From an uncultured delta proteobacterium (GTDB lineage: Bacteria; Myxococcota_A; Polyangia; Polyangiales; Polyangiaceae): a stretch of 64,000 bases of DNA. Shown piece after piece: positions 59,517-64,000 of this stretch. How positions within the stretch are numbered: the stretch's first letter is position 1; the number at the start of each line of letters is the position of its first letter. Where the stretch lies: contig CAWKKR010000001.1 of assembly GCA_963850305.1 (NCBI GenBank), positions 416,001-480,000 on the forward strand, given 5' to 3'. A program made the translations under genes and the position numbers. Below the pieces are notes generated by a model. The model made no database searches. It saw only the letters and a list, made by a program, of their open reading frames with translations, and was not told where the DNA came from.

Positions 59517-60857
59517 ATGTGGAAGCTCTCCATCGAGGACGACCAGGCCAACCAGACCGTGGTCGACCTGACGCGCGACGAGTACTCGGTCGGTCGTGAC
59601 GTCGCCAACACGGTCCGACTGACGGAGCGGAACATTTCGCGCAAGCATGCGCTCCTTCGAAAGAACGGCGTCGGCTGGATCGTGAAGGACGCCGGAAGCT
59701 ACAACGGTTGCTTCATCAACGGCGCCCGAGTCTCGACGGAAGCGGTCCTCAAGCACGGCGATCTGCTTCAGCTCGGCGACTATCGCCTCGAACTGCTCGA
59801 CGACACCATCGTGGCGCGGTTGGACTCCGACAGCAAGTCCACGACCATACCAGGACGCCAGAGCCAGACGATCCGGGAGCTCCCGAACCGGATCGTCATG
59901 ATTTCCGGGCCGGCGATCGGGGCAAGCTTCCCTCTCCTCGACAAGCGAATCGTGATCGGCCGGGGCGAAGACTGCGATCTCCCGGTGAACGACACGTCGG
60001 TGAGCCGCGTCCACGCTGAAATTCATGCGATCGACGGAGGCCAGTGGGAGGTCGTCGACCGCGACAGCTCGAATGGCGTTCGCGTCAATGGCGTCGAGTT
60101 GAAGCGTGCGATTCTCGACGCGGGGGACGTCGTCGAACTCGGGGACGTTCAGCTCAAGTTCGTGCCCGCGGGTCAGGTCTTCCATCCCCAGGAGCAAGCG
60201 GGCGCAGCCCTTCGACGGAACAGCCTCGAGCCGGGCGTGGGTGATCGGCCACCTGTCGCGCGTGCACGGACGCGCGTCGTCGCCGCACTCGCGGTGCTGA
60301 TGGCCGTCGTCGTGATCGCTGCGGTCGCGATGCGCGGCGGAAGCGGTGACGGTTCCGCGGACCCGGTGGAAGTCAGCCCGGCGGCAAAGGCCCTCGACGA
60401 TGCCCGCAACCTCCTGGCAAAAGGCGATGTCGAGGGCGCGCTCCGGAGATCTCAGGAGATACCGGATGACAGCAATCTCCGTGAGTCCACCGTGTTCAAG
60501 GAGATCCAGACGAGGTGGGCCGACGGGGTCTTCGATCAAGCCGCGAAGGAGCAAGATCGAACCCGCAGGCGCGCACTTCTCGATTTGATCGCGAAGTCAC
60601 CGGACGTCGGATCCATGGAGCGAAAGCGCGCGGCGAACGAGATCGCCGCACTCGACGCGGATAGCGTCGGCATCGAGCAGCTGCCCGCCGCCGAGCCTCA
60701 AAAGGAGACCGCCACGCCGCCCGCCACGCCGCCTGCGGCGGTCTCGGCGCCGCGCGCGCCCGGGCGCGCACCGGCAGTCGTCAACGCGACCAATCCCACA
60801 CCGCCCCGGCGAAAGGCCGACATCAAAGGCGGTCTCGTGCGTGACACCCCGTTCTGA
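59517..60857 (+). CDS. Membrane-anchored tandem FHA-domain protein
   Basis: Two GR...SR.HA...D..S.NG..NG motifs, one TM helix, helical and Pro-rich C-terminus. Confidence 0.9.
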   Translation: MWKLSIEDDQANQTVVDLTRDEYSVGRDVANTVRLTERNISRKHALLRKNGVGWIVKDAGSYNGCFINGARVSTEAVLKHGDLLQLGDYRLELLDDTIVARLDSDSKSTTIPGRQSQTIRELPNRIVMISGPAIGASFPLLDKRIVIGRGEDCDLPVNDTSVSRVHAEIHAIDGGQWEVVDRDSSNGVRVNGVELKRAILDAGDVVELGDVQLKFVPAGQVFHPQEQAGAALRRNSLEPGVGDRPPVARARTRVVAALAVLMAVVVIAAVAMRGGSGDGSADPVEVSPAAKALDDARNLLAKGDVEGALRRSQEIPDDSNLRESTVFKEIQTRWADGVFDQAAKEQDRTRRRALLDLIAKSPDVGSMERKRAANEIAALDADSVGIEQLPAAEPQKETATPPATPPAAVSAPRAPGRAPAVVNATNPTPPRRKADIKGGLVRDTPF

Positions 60858-60869
60858 GACCGCCACGCC

Positions 60870-62351
60870 GTGGGCAACGTGACCCCGACGGATCCGTCAG
60901 GGACCGAGGACCGCGACCGTCCGAGCCGCGTGTTCGCTTCGAGGCCGGTGCAGGCCGTGGCATTTCTGTTGCTACTCGCCGGGTTTGCCGAAATCGTTCC
61001 TGGTCTCTCGCGGTTCCGAGTGTTGCGCGCGCCTCCGCGCGTCGAAAAGGAGGCTCCGACGCAGGCCATGACTCCGAGCGCCGTCGGAGAGACCGAGCTG
61101 CAGCTCGTCACGCGAGTCCGCGCCGACCTGGCGCAGCCCGAGCACGTAGGCGCGCTTCCGAGGTCCACGGGTCCGATTGCCACGAGCGGGGACTCCGCGA
61201 GAGACGATGCCGAGCAGGCCCCGGTCCCGATCATCGATGGCTCGCACTCGCTCCGTCGCTTCTTCGCCGCACTCGCGCGCACCGAACGGCATGAAGTCGG
61301 CGCCGTCAGTCGTGTGCTCTTCTTCGGAGACTCGGTGGTCGCGAGCGACTTCGGCACTGGCACGCTGCGTCGGTTGCTCGATGCGCGTTTCGGCGATGCG
61401 GGGCACGGGTTCGTTCTCATCGCGAACGCCTGGCCTCAGTACTTCCACAATGACGTCTCCCGCATCGCCGACCGTGGCTGGCACGTGAGCCGCATCGTCG
61501 GACCTCGGGCGGCCGATGGCTTCTACGGACTCGGCGGTGTCTCGTTCACGGGTCCGCCGGGGCTGCGCGCCTACGTGGGTACCGCAAAGACCGGGTCGTT
61601 CGGACGGGCCGTGTCGAAATTCGAGATCGCATATCTGAAGCAGCCCGGTGGAGGCGTGCTGGCAGTCGCGGTGGACGGCAAGGCAACGCAATCGATCGAT
61701 ACGGCGGCGGACGAAAAGGAAACTGCCTTCGACGAGGTCCGCGTTCCCGACGGCCCGCACGAACTGGAACTGGTCACGCAACGAGCCAATGTCCGACTGT
61801 TTGGTGTGGCCCTCGAACGGGACAAGCCAGGGGTCGTTCTGGACGCGGTCGGCGTCGTGGGCGCGCGACTTCGAACGTTCGCCCAGATCGACGCCGCGCA
61901 CTTCGCGAAATCGATCGAATGGCGGCACCCGAACCTGGTCGTCTTCCAGTTCGGGGCCAACGAGAGCGCCGACGGTTTCGCGTATCCGATGCCCGAATAT
62001 CACCAGGCCATGAAAGAACTCATCGAGAGAATCCTGCGGTCGACGCCGGACGCTGGCTGTCTCGTCATCGGCGCGATGGATCGCGCGCGAAAGGAAGGGG
62101 ATCGTCTGGTGACCGTTCCCGTAATCCCCCTCCTCGTCGAGGAGCAGAGAAAAGCCTCCGCCGAGGTCGGCTGCGCGTTCTGGAGCGCGTTCGACGCGAT
62201 GGGCGGTCGCGGCTCGATGGCAAGGTGGGTTCGGCTCGGGCTCGGCACCGGCGACTTCACTCACCCCACGAGCTGGGGCGCCGACAAGCTGGGCAGGTGG
62301 ATCTATTCGGCGCTGATGAAAGATTACGCGGCATACTCGAGCTCTCCATGA
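60870..62351 (+). CDS. SGNH/GDSL-family esterase or O-acetyltransferase-like protein
   Basis: FFGDS, FGDAG.GF, FGANE, DFTHP. Confidence 0.85.
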   Translation: MGNVTPTDPSGTEDRDRPSRVFASRPVQAVAFLLLLAGFAEIVPGLSRFRVLRAPPRVEKEAPTQAMTPSAVGETELQLVTRVRADLAQPEHVGALPRSTGPIATSGDSARDDAEQAPVPIIDGSHSLRRFFAALARTERHEVGAVSRVLFFGDSVVASDFGTGTLRRLLDARFGDAGHGFVLIANAWPQYFHNDVSRIADRGWHVSRIVGPRAADGFYGLGGVSFTGPPGLRAYVGTAKTGSFGRAVSKFEIAYLKQPGGGVLAVAVDGKATQSIDTAADEKETAFDEVRVPDGPHELELVTQRANVRLFGVALERDKPGVVLDAVGVVGARLRTFAQIDAAHFAKSIEWRHPNLVVFQFGANESADGFAYPMPEYHQAMKELIERILRSTPDAGCLVIGAMDRARKEGDRLVTVPVIPLLVEEQRKASAEVGCAFWSAFDAMGGRGSMARWVRLGLGTGDFTHPTSWGADKLGRWIYSALMKDYAAYSSSP

Positions 62352-62358
62352 GCCTGCG

Positions 62359-63687
62359 TCAGCGCGGGGGCGCGTCGTCGGGCAGCAGCGCCGATAGAAT
62401 GGGCGCGCCGAGCTCCGCGTAACCCCGCGGCGTCAGATGAACGTGATCGGAGCCTGCCAGCGGTGGAGTTTGCTCGGCCCAGCGCTTCAGCCCCCCATCG
62501 CCTCCCATCGCATCGAATGCGCTCACGAATGCGCACCCCGCACGACCCGCGGCCTCGCGTTCCACGCTGTCGATCTCCGCGACTCGTGGCAGCGTCGTCC
62601 ACTCGGGCGATTCGCGATCCGTTGGACCGACGACGAGACAGTCCGCGTCCGGCGCCGCCTGTCGCACGCGCTCGACGAGCGTCTCGAGCTCCGGTCCGTA
62701 GCGACTCGCGGCTACCTGATCACCGACCTCGTTCGTACCGTAAGCGATGACGACGAGCGACGCGCGCCGTCGGCGAGCCGCCTCGATCCAAGGGTCCGCT
62801 TCCCACGCGAGGGGGGTGCCGATACGGGCGCCATTGATGCCAAGCGTATCGACCACCACGCCGGGCTCGGCGCTCTCCACGATCGCCCCCAGGATCTGGG
62901 GCTCACCCGCAGCGGATTCGATGGTCATCGTTCCGCCAGTCGGCGTCTCCCATTCGACGTGCGCGATGGTTCCGACCGGGTAAGTCTTGGCGTCCACCGC
63001 GCGGACCTCGCCGTTCGTCGCGACGGAAAATCGTGCTTTGTCGGTCGGCAGGCGAAACGCGAGATCCCAGTGTGCCGCTCGACGAACGGCGTCGGCCGAG
63101 AGCACCACCGTGGCTCGGCTCGACGCGCCTTCGGGCACGGCGCGAATCCCGCCGAGGCCAAAGACGCCGTCGTCTTGCCGCATCCAGAGCGACGGCCGCC
63201 GTGGTTCGGTCCGCCACGGGCCGGAACGCTCGACCTTGATCCCCGCGTGGCGGTACGCGGGAAGCCCGACGTAGACGAAGCCCGGGCCACCATCTCCGAA
63301 CTTCACCTGGAGGGGCTTCCGGACCGCGTCGGGCCAGAAGTCCGCAGCCGTGTGCGAGTCCCCGAGCCACAGGGCGCGGACGGGTTCCCGCCGACTTCCG
63401 GTGGCCATCGCGGCGAGCGCGCCGCGAAATCGATCGAGCCGAGCGGCGCGTTCGACAGCGTGCAATCCCGGAGCCGGCGCCGTCGCGGACGTCGCGCCGG
63501 CCAAGGCGTCCTGAGGTTTGTTCGGCGCGCTCCGTGGGGGCACGATGGTCTTCGCCGTGGCGTCGATCGCGGGCCCGTGCGCGGCCGACGCGCATGTCAC
63601 GACCGTGAGGGCCGACAGCGAAACCAGGAGAAGACCCGTGGCGCGCGCGCTTTCAGGAGAAAGGATCGTCGACCTCGGCTTCTTCAT
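62359..63687 (-). CDS. SGNH/GDSL-family esterase or O-acetyltransferase-like protein
   Basis: LGDSH.AAD, FGDGGPGF, GINGA, YGTNE, DHVHLT..GY. Confidence 0.85.
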   Translation of the reverse strand: MKKPRSTILSPESARATGLLLVSLSALTVVTCASAAHGPAIDATAKTIVPPRSAPNKPQDALAGATSATAPAPGLHAVERAARLDRFRGALAAMATGSRREPVRALWLGDSHTAADFWPDAVRKPLQVKFGDGGPGFVYVGLPAYRHAGIKVERSGPWRTEPRRPSLWMRQDDGVFGLGGIRAVPEGASSRATVVLSADAVRRAAHWDLAFRLPTDKARFSVATNGEVRAVDAKTYPVGTIAHVEWETPTGGTMTIESAAGEPQILGAIVESAEPGVVVDTLGINGARIGTPLAWEADPWIEAARRRRASLVVIAYGTNEVGDQVAASRYGPELETLVERVRQAAPDADCLVVGPTDRESPEWTTLPRVAEIDSVEREAAGRAGCAFVSAFDAMGGDGGLKRWAEQTPPLAGSDHVHLTPRGYAELGAPILSALLPDDAPPR

Positions 63688-64000
63688 GCTGTTTCTCTCG
63701 ACGTTCCTGGACTCTTCGCTTCACGACCGACACGAGGACGTCGACGTAGGATTCGAACCGCGGGCAATGAATCTCGGAGCCCGAAAGCACATCGTCCGTG
63801 TTGCGGGTATCGTACCGAACCGGCGTCGTTATCGTATCGATGAACGCCCGGGGGCCCTTCGAGACGAGGCTCACACCTGGAGTTCTAAGCAGCGCCTTCG
63901 TGAGCCGCGACGGGATGAAGCCACTCGGGAGGCGCCGCCCGCCGCTCTGCGCGACGAGTTCGAAGACCTGACGCACGGAGAGCGGCTTCGGATCCGCGAG
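63653..64000 (-). CDS. C-terminus of a probable extended-SDR / acyl-CoA reductase-like oxidoreductase (partial)
   Basis: DP.PLSV.QVFELVA, YDTRNT..VL.GSEI.CP.FESY...LV; the N-terminus lies outside the window. Confidence 0.6.
   Translation of the reverse strand, partial: LADPKPLSVRQVFELVAQSGGRRLPSGFIPSRLTKALLRTPGVSLVSKGPRAFIDTITTPVRYDTRNTDDVLSGSEIHCPRFESYVDVLVSVVKRRVQERREKQHEEAEVDDPFS

Overview
High-GC chromosomal window from a myxobacterium, most like Polyangia/Polyangiaceae. That assignment is inferred from gene content: Ser/Thr kinases, FHA proteins, a Cys-rich 'CGDG...CDDGN' lipoprotein and a type IVa minor-pilin/PilY1 operon. It is gene-dense core/accessory DNA, and I saw no rRNA, tRNA, CRISPR array, transposase or prophage. 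Recognisable modules: CpsB/CapC phosphatase plus a flippase-like gene; kinase-FGE-TrmJ-ltaE; a barrel-FHA-PP2C-OppB/C-like-thioredoxin/rhodanese run; larB-larC; pmbA; site-2 protease-scpA-scpB; an orphan fliR/sctT; fimU-pilV-pilW-pilX-pilY1 behind a near-consensus sigma54 promoter; gcvT-gcvH-gcvPA followed by a 4 x 78 bp hairpin-rich tandem repeat where gcvPB is expected; rubrerythrin-FeS oxidoreductase-DUF3501 split by an inverted dps; pilC-pilS followed by a sigma54-driven MlaC-like plus TPR pair; and two convergent SGNH proteins. Four conserved genes carry single-base frameshifts. Three are repaired by GATTCT->GATCT, which points to modification-linked sequencing error rather than real pseudogenes. 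The best candidates for undescribed biology are two related Cys-loop beta-barrel genes each coupled to Ser/Thr signalling genes, an OppB-like permease with a large helical-repeat insert and no ATPase or binding protein nearby, and the pilC-pilS-sigma54-MlaC-TPR arrangement. All family calls come from motif recognition by eye; no database search was run.
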